In this document: positions 37,125 to 47,214 of the stretch, piece by piece
How the letters are laid out: each line of letters starts with the position of its first letter
Numbering within the stretch: position 1 is the first letter of the stretch
Translations under genes and position numbers: made by a program
Source: an uncultured virus (IMG/VR IMGVR_UViG_3300017990_000011)
Taxonomy: Duplodnaviria > Heunggongvirae > Uroviricota > Caudoviricetes
Length of the DNA stretch: 64,000 nt
Strand: one strand, 5' to 3'
IMG/VR virus record: IMGVR_UViG_3300017990_000011
Notes under the pieces: model-generated
What the model saw: the letters and a program-made list of their open reading frames with translations, nothing else
What the model was told of the DNA's origin: nothing
The model's database searches: none

Positions 37125-39143
37125 TTATAACGTAGGACTAAACGTGATGCCGGCAAGTGCAGTCACGTTAGCTGAGTATTTGATTCTCATGATAATTCTA
37201 TTGCCATAAGAAACAGAGCTGGTAGTTCCAAAACTAAATGCGACGCTGGAACCAGAGGAACCAGAGCCCAGACAACCATTACCACCGAAAGTGGTCTGGT
37301 CTACACCAAGATCCTGCCATACATTGGTATTACTATTACCATAATCAGTACAGTTAGGATATCTAAGATGAACTTCTACATTGGCTCCCTGGATTGTGCT
37401 TACCGCATTAGACCAACCACTAAATGTGATTGTTCCAGAAGTAAATGCAGCAGTCGCAAGGAATACACGATAATAATAGAAGTTTCCAGAGGCACCTGAA
37501 TAATCAGGTCCTACTGGATAATAACCAGTGGAGTGATTGACTGTGGGGTACTTCAAGGTTCCGTTGTAAACAACGAGACCGTCATAGGCGCCACTGATGG
37601 TTGTAACATCATCAGAAGAATCCCAATTACTATCCCCTTCGTCAACGCCGGTGTCTGTAAAATCTTCATCACCTAACATACGATATTGTTCATCGTCGAA
37701 AGGTTCTGATGTATCTGTACTAGTATTACCATAAGTATCTATGCGATAGGTGCCTGCAGTTGAATTAGTTGAAGTAGCAGAAGTAAATGGATTTCTATAA
37801 GTAGCAGTCGCTCTTACATCCATATCTCTATAATTTCCACCACCAACTGTTGCTGTTGCGGCATAACCATCTTCACCAGCTATAGTGTCTGTAATTGCTA
37901 GCGGTGTGGAAAATCCTATCTGAGCTAAACTTGGGGTAACACTTGTTTCATTAAATTGTTCAAGATTTAATGTCATCGGGTTAGTAATGTAGCCTCTATC
38001 AAAGAGTGTATTACTGTTGGTACCCGAAACAGTAAAAGTAGAATTTGTTGTGTAATAAGGTATACCACTAAGATATTTGGTTGTCGCACTCAACGGAGAA
38101 ACTGTTGGTGCAGCAGCAGATATCGTTTGTGCTGTGGTATCTACCCAGAATTCTGAGTAGGTGTAATTCTGATTTGACCCACCACCAGTATGTGCTACAT
38201 AAATCTGACCTTGATACCCTGCAGGAAGGGTCAGGGTTGCACTCATACTAGCAATTTGATACGGTGGCCAAAAACTAGGATAACTATCGACTGTAGTGTT
38301 CATACATCTACGATTTGTGAGGTTAATAATGTCTGTTCCTGTATTAGAAGCGGTGTAACCTGGATTATCTCCAACGTCAGCCTCCTCTTCTTCATAAGAA
38401 CAACCATCACTAGTCCAAGCCGCAGCAAGATCCAGTTCACCAACAACGATACCGTCACTGTAAATTCTAATGACTCCAGAGTCTGCAGGATAAAAACCGC
38501 CCGTGATCGCAATAGCCATAGAGTTGTCGTCAGTAAATTGCATACTGTCGCCAGCACTAGCACTAGAGGAACCTTCGGCGGTATACTCCCCAGCAGGAGC
38601 TCCAGAACTAACATACCCAGTTTGGTTAATATCACTGATGGAGAATGACACAGTCCCAGGTCTATCGGCATATTGGCCGGTCTCACCGATGTAGTTGGGA
38701 CGTTTCGGGATAAGATAAGCCATGTTCTTTAAATCAGTATCAGGCTCATCATACCACTTGTCTTCACCAATAACGAGGTCAAACATTTTCCTTAGATAGT
38801 TAAGATCGTCTTCTAAATTCTGATAATAATGTCGTTTATAAGCTACTGTGTCAGACGCAGTAGGTGTGGGCGTAACAGCAGCAGTAAATGCTCCTGAACC
38901 AGATGTTACTGTATAAGTACCAGCAGCATCTCCACTATCAATAACGATAAAATTATTTTGCTCAGATTTTTCAAACGCATTAGAAGAGTCAGTGACTATG
39001 TTCGATCCAGAAACTACAGCTAAGGTGCCCGTCAAGTAATCACGACCACAGGTTTCAGCCAAAGCGCGAACCATCTCGTCATCTTTGAAATCAACTGTGC
39101 CACGAACTTGATTTAATTGGTTAAACAAACTTCGTTTTGGCAT
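37125..39143 (-). CDS. Putative virion structural protein (beta-rich)
   Basis: T/S/G/Y-rich composition, adjacent to fibre gene; start moved to ATG 39143 after AAGGAG. Confidence 0.65.
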   Translation of the reverse strand: MPKRSLFNQLNQVRGTVDFKDDEMVRALAETCGRDYLTGTLAVVSGSNIVTDSSNAFEKSEQNNFIVIDSGDAAGTYTVTSGSGAFTAAVTPTPTASDTVAYKRHYYQNLEDDLNYLRKMFDLVIGEDKWYDEPDTDLKNMAYLIPKRPNYIGETGQYADRPGTVSFSISDINQTGYVSSGAPAGEYTAEGSSSASAGDSMQFTDDNSMAIAITGGFYPADSGVIRIYSDGIVVGELDLAAAWTSDGCSYEEEEADVGDNPGYTASNTGTDIINLTNRRCMNTTVDSYPSFWPPYQIASMSATLTLPAGYQGQIYVAHTGGGSNQNYTYSEFWVDTTAQTISAAAPTVSPLSATTKYLSGIPYYTTNSTFTVSGTNSNTLFDRGYITNPMTLNLEQFNETSVTPSLAQIGFSTPLAITDTIAGEDGYAATATVGGGNYRDMDVRATATYRNPFTSATSTNSTAGTYRIDTYGNTSTDTSEPFDDEQYRMLGDEDFTDTGVDEGDSNWDSSDDVTTISGAYDGLVVYNGTLKYPTVNHSTGYYPVGPDYSGASGNFYYYRVFLATAAFTSGTITFSGWSNAVSTIQGANVEVHLRYPNCTDYGNSNTNVWQDLGVDQTTFGGNGCLGSGSSGSSVAFSFGTTSSVSYGNRIIMRIKYSANVTALAGITFSPTL

Positions 39144-39233
39144 TAGTCTCTTACTCCTTCCATAAATTAGTTGCAACTAAGAGGTCGTCGGCTACCCCTC
39201 ATTTACTAAGAGGTTAGTTTATTTAATTTTTTT

Positions 39234-39266
39234 ATAAAAAAAGACCGACTCCTTACGGAACCGGCC
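39234..39266 (-). terminator. Intrinsic terminator
   Basis: Minus strand GGCCGGTTCC-GTAA-GGAGTCGGTC followed by T7. Confidence 0.75.
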
Positions 39267-39298
39267 TCTCTTTTTAACCCCTGACTTTTTATGAAAGA

Positions 39299-39721
39299 TT
39301 ACTCGTCTATTTTGAACTCACAACCATCCTCCCCTACCCTAAATGTAGCGAAATAAACCTCTCCTTTGTTAACTAATTCCCTTATTCTTTTCTGACTTTT
39401 ACTTAACTTTGATTTACCTGTCTTAATTTCTATAAAAACTATCTTCCCTGTATTCAAATTAAATGATACACCATCACATGGGTTGCCTAAAAATCTAAAA
39501 TTATTTGGGTTGTATGGCCAGTCCTTAACGAATGGTGCTAAGTTCTCACCAATCTTCCCTAACCTAACCTCAGAACTCTTTTTCTGACTAGCTATTCTAT
39601 CAAGGTGTGCTTGTATTTCTATACATCTCTGTTCTGATAATTTATTCTTTTTATACAGCCAATGTATTGATTTACCAGCTATTAATAGTAATAGTATAAG
39701 TATACCTATAATTAATTCCAC
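39299..39721 (-). CDS. Holliday-junction-resolvase-like PD-(D/E)XK nuclease with N-terminal TM (Endonuc_Holl-like)
   Basis: SEVRLGKIGENLAPF, FRFLGNPCD, IVFIEIKTGKSKLSKSQ. Confidence 0.75.
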   Translation of the reverse strand: MELIIGILILLLLIAGKSIHWLYKKNKLSEQRCIEIQAHLDRIASQKKSSEVRLGKIGENLAPFVKDWPYNPNNFRFLGNPCDGVSFNLNTGKIVFIEIKTGKSKLSKSQKRIRELVNKGEVYFATFRVGEDGCEFKIDE

Positions 39722-39724
39722 AAA

Positions 39725-40480
39725 TTATTCCTTTTCTTCTTTCCCTGCTTCCTTCTTAGCCTCCCCATAGTCCACACGCTTCTGGTATATGCCCTCCAAT
39801 TCCTTAGACAAAGCTACCTTTATCTTTTTAAGGTCTCCTAAACGCATATAGACGGCATCTAATTGTCCATCATCCACCAGTCCATTAATAGTGTTCTCTA
39901 TAATCTCTAATGGATTCAGCTTAGTATCACTCTGTTGTGATATGGATCTACTAGTTGCCTCAACATGATCGGCTATCATAAGGACAGCAGATTCTACACA
40001 GGAAGGTGCCTGACTCTTATACCTATAGGCATCTTGGTCATCACTTCCTGATTTAGCAAAAAAATATTTTACTACGTTAGTCCCATGATGTTGGGTGGCT
40101 ATCTCTATAATTTCACGTGGAAAATTAGGATCATTCAATAATATCAGCGCTGTATCAGATACATGTCTAGTTATATATTGATAGCTAATTTCTGGGTGCA
40201 AAACATCATGTGGATTTTCATCCTCTAACTGGTTCTCCGTAAAAAATTTAGGATTAAAGGTCTTACCTATGTCATGATATAGCGCGGCGACCTTCATCTT
40301 ATCTACATCTAATTCCAAAGCCAAACTAATTGTTTCAACCATAGCCATTACAGCTTGGGCGTGCTTATAAGTACCTGGGCACACTTCCCTAAAGTGCTGT
40401 AATAGTGGGTAAGAGGAGTCAAGTAAGGTATCATGTATCTTCTCAACCTCCTCTATAGCAGACGCTTCTTCTTTAGTCAT
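39725..40480 (-). CDS. Stand-alone HD phosphohydrolase resembling the HD domain of PgpH/7TM-HD proteins
   Basis: PLL...PGTYKH, ALYHDIGK..NPKFFTENQ, HV, HHGT, LMIADHVEATSRS, DGQLD. Confidence 0.82.
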   Translation of the reverse strand: MTKEEASAIEEVEKIHDTLLDSSYPLLQHFREVCPGTYKHAQAVMAMVETISLALELDVDKMKVAALYHDIGKTFNPKFFTENQLEDENPHDVLHPEISYQYITRHVSDTALILLNDPNFPREIIEIATQHHGTNVVKYFFAKSGSDDQDAYRYKSQAPSCVESAVLMIADHVEATSRSISQQSDTKLNPLEIIENTINGLVDDGQLDAVYMRLGDLKKIKVALSKELEGIYQKRVDYGEAKKEAGKEEKE

Positions 40481-40493
40481 GATTATCTCCTAA

Positions 40494-40925
40494 CTACTCA
40501 TTGAGTGCTTTAAGCTCTCGTTCGAGTTGCATAACTGTGTTTTTAACACGCTCATGTTTCATCTTCAAACTTTGATCATTGGGATTCTTTGCCATAAGTG
40601 CTTCTAGTTGTAGCATTAAATCTAAATTAAAAGCATAACGTCTTCGTAATTCATCAGCTTTGTGAGATCTCTTAATATTATTTATCTCCGCTTTTTGAGC
40701 TGCGTCTTTTGTATCAATATAATCCATCACCTGTTTCATACTAGACGCTACCAAAACCTCTTGATGATCTACTTTACTATTCAAAGTCTTCACATCACCA
40801 TCGGTGGCATATATGATATCAAACCCCCACAATAATGATAAACCACTTAAAACTATGCCTAAAAATAACCCTATGATCTTTAAATATTTTGTTGTACCGT
40901 TTCCATTTCCGTTTTTATCTGACAT
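40494..40925 (-). CDS. Membrane-anchored coiled-coil protein
   Basis: N-terminal TM segment then helical region. Confidence 0.6.
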   Translation of the reverse strand: MSDKNGNGNGTTKYLKIIGLFLGIVLSGLSLLWGFDIIYATDGDVKTLNSKVDHQEVLVASSMKQVMDYIDTKDAAQKAEINNIKRSHKADELRRRYAFNLDLMLQLEALMAKNPNDQSLKMKHERVKNTVMQLERELKALNE

Positions 40926-40937
40926 AATACATCCTCC

Positions 40938-41141
40938 TTAATCTAATCTGCCAGTACTTGCCTTACCATTAAATATTTCTTCCATCGGCCCACCACAAGA
41001 TCCACATTTCTTTATTTCAGCGAACTCTGTTTCTCTAAAGATGCCCATTTCACCACACTTAGTGCATCTAAAATGCTTCCCTTTTAAGTTAGCCAACTCT
41101 TTTGGCTCTGCCGGCTTTAATCTACCATCTTCTTTTGGCAT
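40938..41141 (-). CDS. Zinc-ribbon protein
   Basis: CTKC...CGSC; GGAGG RBS. Confidence 0.65.
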   Translation of the reverse strand: MPKEDGRLKPAEPKELANLKGKHFRCTKCGEMGIFRETEFAEIKKCGSCGGPMEEIFNGKASTGRLD

Positions 41142-41153
41142 TTAATCCACCTC

Positions 41154-41639
41154 CTACGGCATGTAATCAAAAAATGATGGTTCAGTAGTAAGTACATAGT
41201 TAGTAGCAGTATTTCTAGCAGACATATTATCTTGTATAAAGAATGAATGCTTGGGTAAATCACCCCATCTCTTTAGTCTCTCATCTATAATTCTATTACC
41301 GAAACCACTTTCAATTACTAAATTTTTAAATTCTCTTGGATAGTTAAGTCTTACCCATTTCATATATCCAGACTGCATTAAAGTCCATATAACTTCATAA
41401 CGTACCTCTACAAGATCATCATTAGTAGTTATATAAACCAATCTCCAACCAGGATATTCTGTATTAACTTTATCATTAACCTCGGCGTAATCGACACGGT
41501 TAATACCACAGACGATTACACCGAAGTCTTCTATTAAGAATTGAACAGAAACGTCTTTTAATACTACAACTTTCTTGGCGGACACATGAAGTGCCCTCAA
41601 CATAGTTTCTATTCCCACTTCTAGTTCTATCATATCCAT
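41154..41639 (-). CDS. Hypothetical protein
   Basis: ORF; ATG 41639 after AGGTG. Confidence 0.6.
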   Translation of the reverse strand: MDMIELEVGIETMLRALHVSAKKVVVLKDVSVQFLIEDFGVIVCGINRVDYAEVNDKVNTEYPGWRLVYITTNDDLVEVRYEVIWTLMQSGYMKWVRLNYPREFKNLVIESGFGNRIIDERLKRWGDLPKHSFFIQDNMSARNTATNYVLTTEPSFFDYMP

Positions 41640-41640
41640 A

Positions 41641-43605
41641 TTAATCACCTGTTCCAGCCGACATGGAAAGTAAATCATCATCTGACATATAGAATGGTGG
41701 CTCTTCTACAGGTTGAGCTACATTGTAGATAACCTCATCGTTCTCAGAGGACACCATTATAATATTTTTGCCAGTAATATCCTCAACCAATATCTTTTTA
41801 GCTAGTGGTGTAGATATTTCTTTCTCAATATAGCGCTTTAAAGGTCTTGCTCCATACTGCTCATCAATACCATTCTCAAAAATCAGATCTTTTATAGTTT
41901 TATCGAACTTCAATTCTAGTTCTTTATACTCTGTATCATTATTTCTGAGGTTCTGGTTTAATTTATAGAGTTCTATATCGATGATCTTCATATAATCCTG
42001 CTCTGACAGGTTTTTAAAATTAATGATAGCATCGATCCTGTTTAAGAACTCAGGTTTAAACTTCTTCTTCAACGCCTTATTGATAGCAACGTCTTTCTTT
42101 TCATCAGTTACTTCAGCCACATCACCGAAACCAATAGTATTAGTGATACCATCTACTTCTTTTACACCGATGTTAGACGTCATGATAACCACAGTGTCTT
42201 TAAACGGCACTGGCTTACCTTTACCATCTGTCAGCCTACCCTCTTCTAAAATCTGGAGCAACAACTCATGTACTTTATGACTGGCTTTCTCTACCTCATC
42301 GAACACAACTACGCTGAAAGGGTTTTTCTGAATAGCATTAGTCAACAACCCACCCTGCTCATGACCTACATATCCTGCAGGTGCTCCAATTAATTTGGAG
42401 TACTCATGATCAGCACTGTATTCTGAACAGTCTATAGTCACCAAGTTATCTCTGTCTTTAATAAGTTCATCTGCTAAAACTTTAGTAGCCAATGTTTTCC
42501 CTACACCAGTACGACCAGCAAACAAAAAGGATCCGATCGGTTTGAGTGGGTCTTTCAGCCCAACACTAGCCCTTTGGATAGCTTCTGTCAAATTATCTAC
42601 GGCTTCATCCTGACCGATAACAAAAACCTTTATGTTATCACCAAGTTGAAGTAAGTCACGTTTATTGACATCCTTAAATAACTTTTGTTTTTTCTTTTTC
42701 TTAGCCAATTGTCCCGCCATTGTCCTATTATAGAATTTACCAACATTAGTAGCGGCTCCTTGGTCTGGAGCCTCATCATCATCTTCAGCTTCGGGCGCTA
42801 ATTCTTGTGCCTTTTCATATGTCAAAAACGGATTGACAGTATTGCAAAGAAGATATAGTTCGTGCATAAGAATTGGTGGTGCTACTCTACTCGACACACC
42901 AATTGAATCCAACCTCGAAAACAGATCCTCAAAATCTACTACACAAATGGTTACAATATAGGTCTGAAAACTAGATCTGTTGTGAAAAAATCTCTCTTTA
43001 AAGATACTTGCAATATCTTTTGGATCAAATTTTTTAACATCAACATACTGACTAAGACGCTTCCACCATTGTTGTGTAATAGTAAATTCCAAATCTTCTA
43101 TACTCCTAATATTACTATCAAGTTCTTCTTTTTCTTCACCAATTTCATCCTCAGGAGTATTCCTATAGGCATCAGCTAAATCATCATAATAAGAAGTATC
43201 CCAATTCTTACTATCAATTAAACGACGCTCTCCTGATTTAAGTTCGTAAGGTTCGTGTCCCTCTTCTCTAATTACAAGTTTAAGAACCCCATTACGATTT
43301 ACATATAAATTTTCTGGTCTTAATAACTCATTGTGTTTAATAATAAAGTCTCGGATTTCCTCTCTGATTTTAACCAACACTGGTGGTGACACCATTAAAC
43401 TTTTAACGTGTTGTAAAAGTTGGTTAACATTAGCAATACATGTTGCCAACAGAAAGTCCTCATAAAAACTTCTAGTAATATTTCCCTTCTCTCTTGCTAA
43501 GTAGGCTAGTTTATCCTCCAACTCATTCGAGGGGATTTTTAGAACTAAAAGTTCAAAATCTATCTCATTCAAAAATTCTTTAATGACTTTATATTCTTCG
43601 GACAT
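41641..43605 (-). CDS. ClpA/ClpB/ClpC-like AAA+ ATPase with only the second ATPase module and an unrecognised N-terminal half
   Basis: GSFLFAGRTGVGKT, IDCSEY, KLIGAPAGYVG, FDEVEKA, LLQILEEGRLTD, FKPEFLNRID, YGARPLKR. Confidence 0.88.
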   Translation of the reverse strand: MSEEYKVIKEFLNEIDFELLVLKIPSNELEDKLAYLAREKGNITRSFYEDFLLATCIANVNQLLQHVKSLMVSPPVLVKIREEIRDFIIKHNELLRPENLYVNRNGVLKLVIREEGHEPYELKSGERRLIDSKNWDTSYYDDLADAYRNTPEDEIGEEKEELDSNIRSIEDLEFTITQQWWKRLSQYVDVKKFDPKDIASIFKERFFHNRSSFQTYIVTICVVDFEDLFSRLDSIGVSSRVAPPILMHELYLLCNTVNPFLTYEKAQELAPEAEDDDEAPDQGAATNVGKFYNRTMAGQLAKKKKKQKLFKDVNKRDLLQLGDNIKVFVIGQDEAVDNLTEAIQRASVGLKDPLKPIGSFLFAGRTGVGKTLATKVLADELIKDRDNLVTIDCSEYSADHEYSKLIGAPAGYVGHEQGGLLTNAIQKNPFSVVVFDEVEKASHKVHELLLQILEEGRLTDGKGKPVPFKDTVVIMTSNIGVKEVDGITNTIGFGDVAEVTDEKKDVAINKALKKKFKPEFLNRIDAIINFKNLSEQDYMKIIDIELYKLNQNLRNNDTEYKELELKFDKTIKDLIFENGIDEQYGARPLKRYIEKEISTPLAKKILVEDITGKNIIMVSSENDEVIYNVAQPVEEPPFYMSDDDLLSMSAGTGD

Positions 43606-43617
43606 ATTTAACTCCTC

Positions 43618-44475
43618 TTATTTTTTCCTGTATTTATCATTCCCGAATTTAACGACTACAACTGCTTCTTCATAAGTTAAATCTTCTGCCCTGGGTATAG
43701 TATCATACTTCATACCCTTATTTTCGAACGCTTCCTTAGCTAAGTCCTCATAGTTAAGGTCTCTCATATTCAAAATGCCTTCCAAAGCAATCTGTTGTAC
43801 TTCTGTGATCTTACCATTATCGTCGTTAGACAATACACCACTACTCATAGGCATATCATCAGCTGGCATCGCTGGCATTGACGGCGGCGCTGCCGGTGCT
43901 GGTGTCGCCGGTGGTGTAGGAGGCACAGCAGGTGCTTCTGGTACATTCGGCGGTGGTGTTGCCGGTTCTGCAACTGCTTGTGGCTCAGGTACGGCAGGAG
44001 TCACTGGTACTTCTGGTGTTGCTGGTGGAGGAGTCGGTGCTGGTGTTTCAGCAGCCAGTGGTGTAAACACTGGCTTTGGTGCCGATGGTGTCGGCGGTAC
44101 TGCTGCCGGACCAGGCATACCAGCTTCATCATCCAAAAACAAACCGATTCCCCATTTCTTACAAGCATCTCTAAAAGCTTTAGAATACGCAGACTTCCAA
44201 GGATTACCTGCCTCATCTGCTTCTCTATCAACTGCACCGCCAAAACCCTCTTGATGAAAACTCATCTGAGTTTCTGGATCAGTTGCTGTGACACGTACTC
44301 TTACTATTACATTATTGCCTACCATTTCCTGTGATTTGACCTCACTGGACCAGTTTCCATCGAAAACTTTGTTCATCCTGTCCGCGACATCTTGCCAAGA
44401 TACGTAGTTATAATTACCACCTCTACCACGTCTTGACTTTTGTTCTAACGGTTCGTATAATTCTTTTATATTCAT
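43618..44475 (-). CDS. Rad52/Sak-like single-strand annealing protein with Pro/Ala-rich linker
   Basis: YVSWQDVADRMNKVFD.NWSSEV...KSAYSKAFRDACKKWGIG. Confidence 0.75.
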   Translation of the reverse strand: MNIKELYEPLEQKSRRGRGGNYNYVSWQDVADRMNKVFDGNWSSEVKSQEMVGNNVIVRVRVTATDPETQMSFHQEGFGGAVDREADEAGNPWKSAYSKAFRDACKKWGIGLFLDDEAGMPGPAAVPPTPSAPKPVFTPLAAETPAPTPPPATPEVPVTPAVPEPQAVAEPATPPPNVPEAPAVPPTPPATPAPAAPPSMPAMPADDMPMSSGVLSNDDNGKITEVQQIALEGILNMRDLNYEDLAKEAFENKGMKYDTIPRAEDLTYEEAVVVVKFGNDKYRKK

Positions 44476-44499
44476 TTTATTTCTCCTTTCCTATCCCAT

Positions 44500-44527
44500 A
44501 ATATAAGCATTATTTCTCAGTTGTCAA
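44500..44527 (-). promoter_or_regulatory. Sigma70-like promoter TTGACA-N16-TATATT
   Basis: One of five closely similar minus-strand copies. Confidence 0.7.
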
Positions 44528-45772
44528 GTGTAAATATGTTTTTTGTTCATCTTTCATTAAGTTTGCTTTAATTTTACTTATATACTTTTCTTCTATCTCT
44601 ATACCTATACATTTACGCTTCAATGCTTTGGCTACTGACAACGTAGTACCACCACCTACAAAAGGATCCAGTACTAAATCATTAGGATAGGATAGTGTTC
44701 TCATTAAATAACCCACAGCACTCTCCCCTTGACCCCATTCATGGAAGTCTTTTTCACGATAATCATCATCAATGAAATCAACTAGAGCTCTGCCGGACGC
44801 GCTTTCAATCTTGCCAGCTGGCGCGTTCCTATATATTAAGATGGGTTTCCATCCACAAACAAGATTACGGGCACCTACAAGCTGTGTTGGGCCTGTATGT
44901 TTTAATGACATCATCCACATATAGGATAGGTGTTTACCCAAGATCTTCATAACATAATCAAGATAGAGTTGTCCTGAATATGTTGCTAAGTACCCACCAA
45001 ATTTTAACACTCTAGACGCAACCTCACCTAACTGATCCCAAACATGTAGGTAATCTTTAGGGTAAGGTGGGTCAGTAAGAATTAAATCTATACTATTGTC
45101 TTCGAGATTTGCATTACACCATGAATAAAAATCAGCATTAACTATTCTAAGAGAATTATCAGCCACATAGTGCTGAGCTGCTCTCTCCATCTCTTGGTCA
45201 GCCTTCTCTCTTCGCTCATCTCTCTTGATATCTTTTAGAACTTTACCAGCAGTTAGTTCACCAGTACGTAGCTTATCCATTATAGTGTTGTCTACTCTAC
45301 CACTCTCCTTGATTCTAGAAACAGTGTGTATATAACCATGAGAAACACCAGCTGACTTAGCTATCTCTTCTCTGGTGTCTTTACTAATATCAGGTAATGT
45401 TTGATTAGAATCGGGGAACATAGATCTTGCTCTCTTCTTGTCTCTCAACATCTCCTGATGAAATCTCTTCAACTTTAGAGCTAGCTCTGCACGTATAAAA
45501 GGCGTAACATTTCTACGTGATAATTGATTTGATAACATCCACATCTTGGCTTCTTCCATATCATCGAACTCTAGTTCCTTGACATCAAAATCCAAATCAT
45601 ATTTCTTGGCTAAGCCATATCTATTATGACCGTCAATTATAACATCGCCCCATATATAAATAGGATCACGTATGCCTTCACGTAGAACGCTGTCTTTCAA
45701 ATCATTATATTCATCCGTAGACAACGGTGGTATAAGATTTTTTAATTCATCATTAATAGTTAGTTCTTTCAT
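44510..45772 (-). CDS. ParB-like N-terminal domain fused to N4/N6 DNA methyltransferase
   Basis: IIDGHNRY; LTDPPY; VLDPFVGGGTT. Confidence 0.85.
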   Translation of the reverse strand: MKELTINDELKNLIPPLSTDEYNDLKDSVLREGIRDPIYIWGDVIIDGHNRYGLAKKYDLDFDVKELEFDDMEEAKMWMLSNQLSRRNVTPFIRAELALKLKRFHQEMLRDKKRARSMFPDSNQTLPDISKDTREEIAKSAGVSHGYIHTVSRIKESGRVDNTIMDKLRTGELTAGKVLKDIKRDERREKADQEMERAAQHYVADNSLRIVNADFYSWCNANLEDNSIDLILTDPPYPKDYLHVWDQLGEVASRVLKFGGYLATYSGQLYLDYVMKILGKHLSYMWMMSLKHTGPTQLVGARNLVCGWKPILIYRNAPAGKIESASGRALVDFIDDDYREKDFHEWGQGESAVGYLMRTLSYPNDLVLDPFVGGGTTLSVAKALKRKCIGIEIEEKYISKIKANLMKDEQKTYLHLTTEK

Positions 45773-45791
45773 TAGTTAAATCCCTCTTCCC

Positions 45792-47201
45792 TTAAATACC
45801 ATATATATTTATTTTAGTAGCCTCACTATGGCGACCACTATTGTATTCTGTTTCAAAAAGTAAAACAATGTGTTTTTGATTTTTTAAACCGAGAGCATGT
45901 TTTGGTACCTCATAACCATCAAATTTAGTAATTAGTGCTGTTACTTGTGAAGGTATTCTCACCTTTCCTAATCTATTTAAGTGATACCAAAAAGAACACA
46001 AAGCTCTAAAGGCTTTATCATGGAATATATTGCTTTCATTCTTAGATTTAAATGCACCATAAAGAAATGCAGCAAATAACTCAAGTTTTTTAAGCACCTC
46101 AGGGATAGTGTGTTGTTTGGCAAAATTTTCTAATTTAATAATATCAGATTTTCTCCAATTCATATTATAGTTAAATATAATTGTATTAATCATCTGACAC
46201 GCTCTAGATACAGTTATACTATACTTAGTCTCTGTCTTAATATCGGTGCCTATAAGTCCTTTAATTCTACCATAAAAAGGGCTGGCTTCATCTTCATGTA
46301 ATGCATAAATCATTTTAGAATACAAACTACCAGAACATTTTAGCCCTTTAAAAATATCTCTTGATTCTAAACTTTTTTGGGTAGAGTTTGTATAACTATA
46401 ATAAGCAGCCTCTAGTTCTTTATTAGGAAATGTACTTATCTCACATGGAATCTCTGTTATATCATCAACCCGATTTGCTGCCTCTACTCTCTGTTCTCCG
46501 TCAATGGCTTCCATTAATTCATTTAATTCAACCACTTTGGAACCATAAAAACCATTGACTTTCATATCCTCAGATAGATTATTAATATGTTTTTCCTTGA
46601 GGCCTCTCTGGTATTCTTTATTAAATTTTATATCTTTTAAAGGCACCATAACATACTGCTTTAATACCTTTTTGCCGAAATTAATAATTCCAGCATCATT
46701 CGCGGTTTCATAAATATTTGTATTTCCTGGTAATGTTTTGGAAACTGCTTTAATAGTATCATCGATAGCGTCAGCACTCGTTGGTTTTGTTTGTGTTTCT
46801 AATTGTATAATTTTATTACCCATAACTTTATTCTCCTTTCCTTTACGATTAAATATTCTATCTCTCTCCCTTATGTTTTCCTCTAATGCAAGAGGATAAT
46901 CCCTTATCATTTTATCTGTAACACGATCACGCCATGTGAGCATATAGAAATCATTTTCCCACAATGATTCCTCACCAGTTACTCGGATATGGCAATCAAC
47001 ACATAATGTGATACCATTTCTGACTTCAAGTCTCAAATCAGGTCTATCTTTCCATCTTTTTATATGATGCGCATTAAGTGTTACTCCTTTCGCGCCACAC
47101 AGTCTACAAGTATAACCATCTCGTCTGTATACTTTAGCTCGCCATGCTTTATACTCCGGCGCATCGCAATCCTTTGCTCCTGAATAATAACCAGATCTCA
47201 T
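45792..47201 (-). CDS. HNH endonuclease domain fused in frame to a ParB-like domain protein
   Basis: RDGYTCRLCG...HHIK...NGITLCVDCH; later YQR, IDGEQRV; internal RBS+ATG at 46823. Confidence 0.7.
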   Translation of the reverse strand: MRSGYYSGAKDCDAPEYKAWRAKVYRRDGYTCRLCGAKGVTLNAHHIKRWKDRPDLRLEVRNGITLCVDCHIRVTGEESLWENDFYMLTWRDRVTDKMIRDYPLALEENIRERDRIFNRKGKENKVMGNKIIQLETQTKPTSADAIDDTIKAVSKTLPGNTNIYETANDAGIINFGKKVLKQYVMVPLKDIKFNKEYQRGLKEKHINNLSEDMKVNGFYGSKVVELNELMEAIDGEQRVEAANRVDDITEIPCEISTFPNKELEAAYYSYTNSTQKSLESRDIFKGLKCSGSLYSKMIYALHEDEASPFYGRIKGLIGTDIKTETKYSITVSRACQMINTIIFNYNMNWRKSDIIKLENFAKQHTIPEVLKKLELFAAFLYGAFKSKNESNIFHDKAFRALCSFWYHLNRLGKVRIPSQVTALITKFDGYEVPKHALGLKNQKHIVLLFETEYNSGRHSEATKINIYGI

Positions 47202-47214
47202 TAACACCCCTTTC

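Noticed and set aside
41142..41156. TAG read-through fusing 41154-41639 to 40938-41141
   Set aside because: In frame, but a TAA lies immediately before the downstream ATG
43775..44334. Gly/Ala-rich and Cys/Trp-rich + strand ORFs
   Set aside because: Antisense shadows of the Pro/Ala linker of the Rad52-like gene
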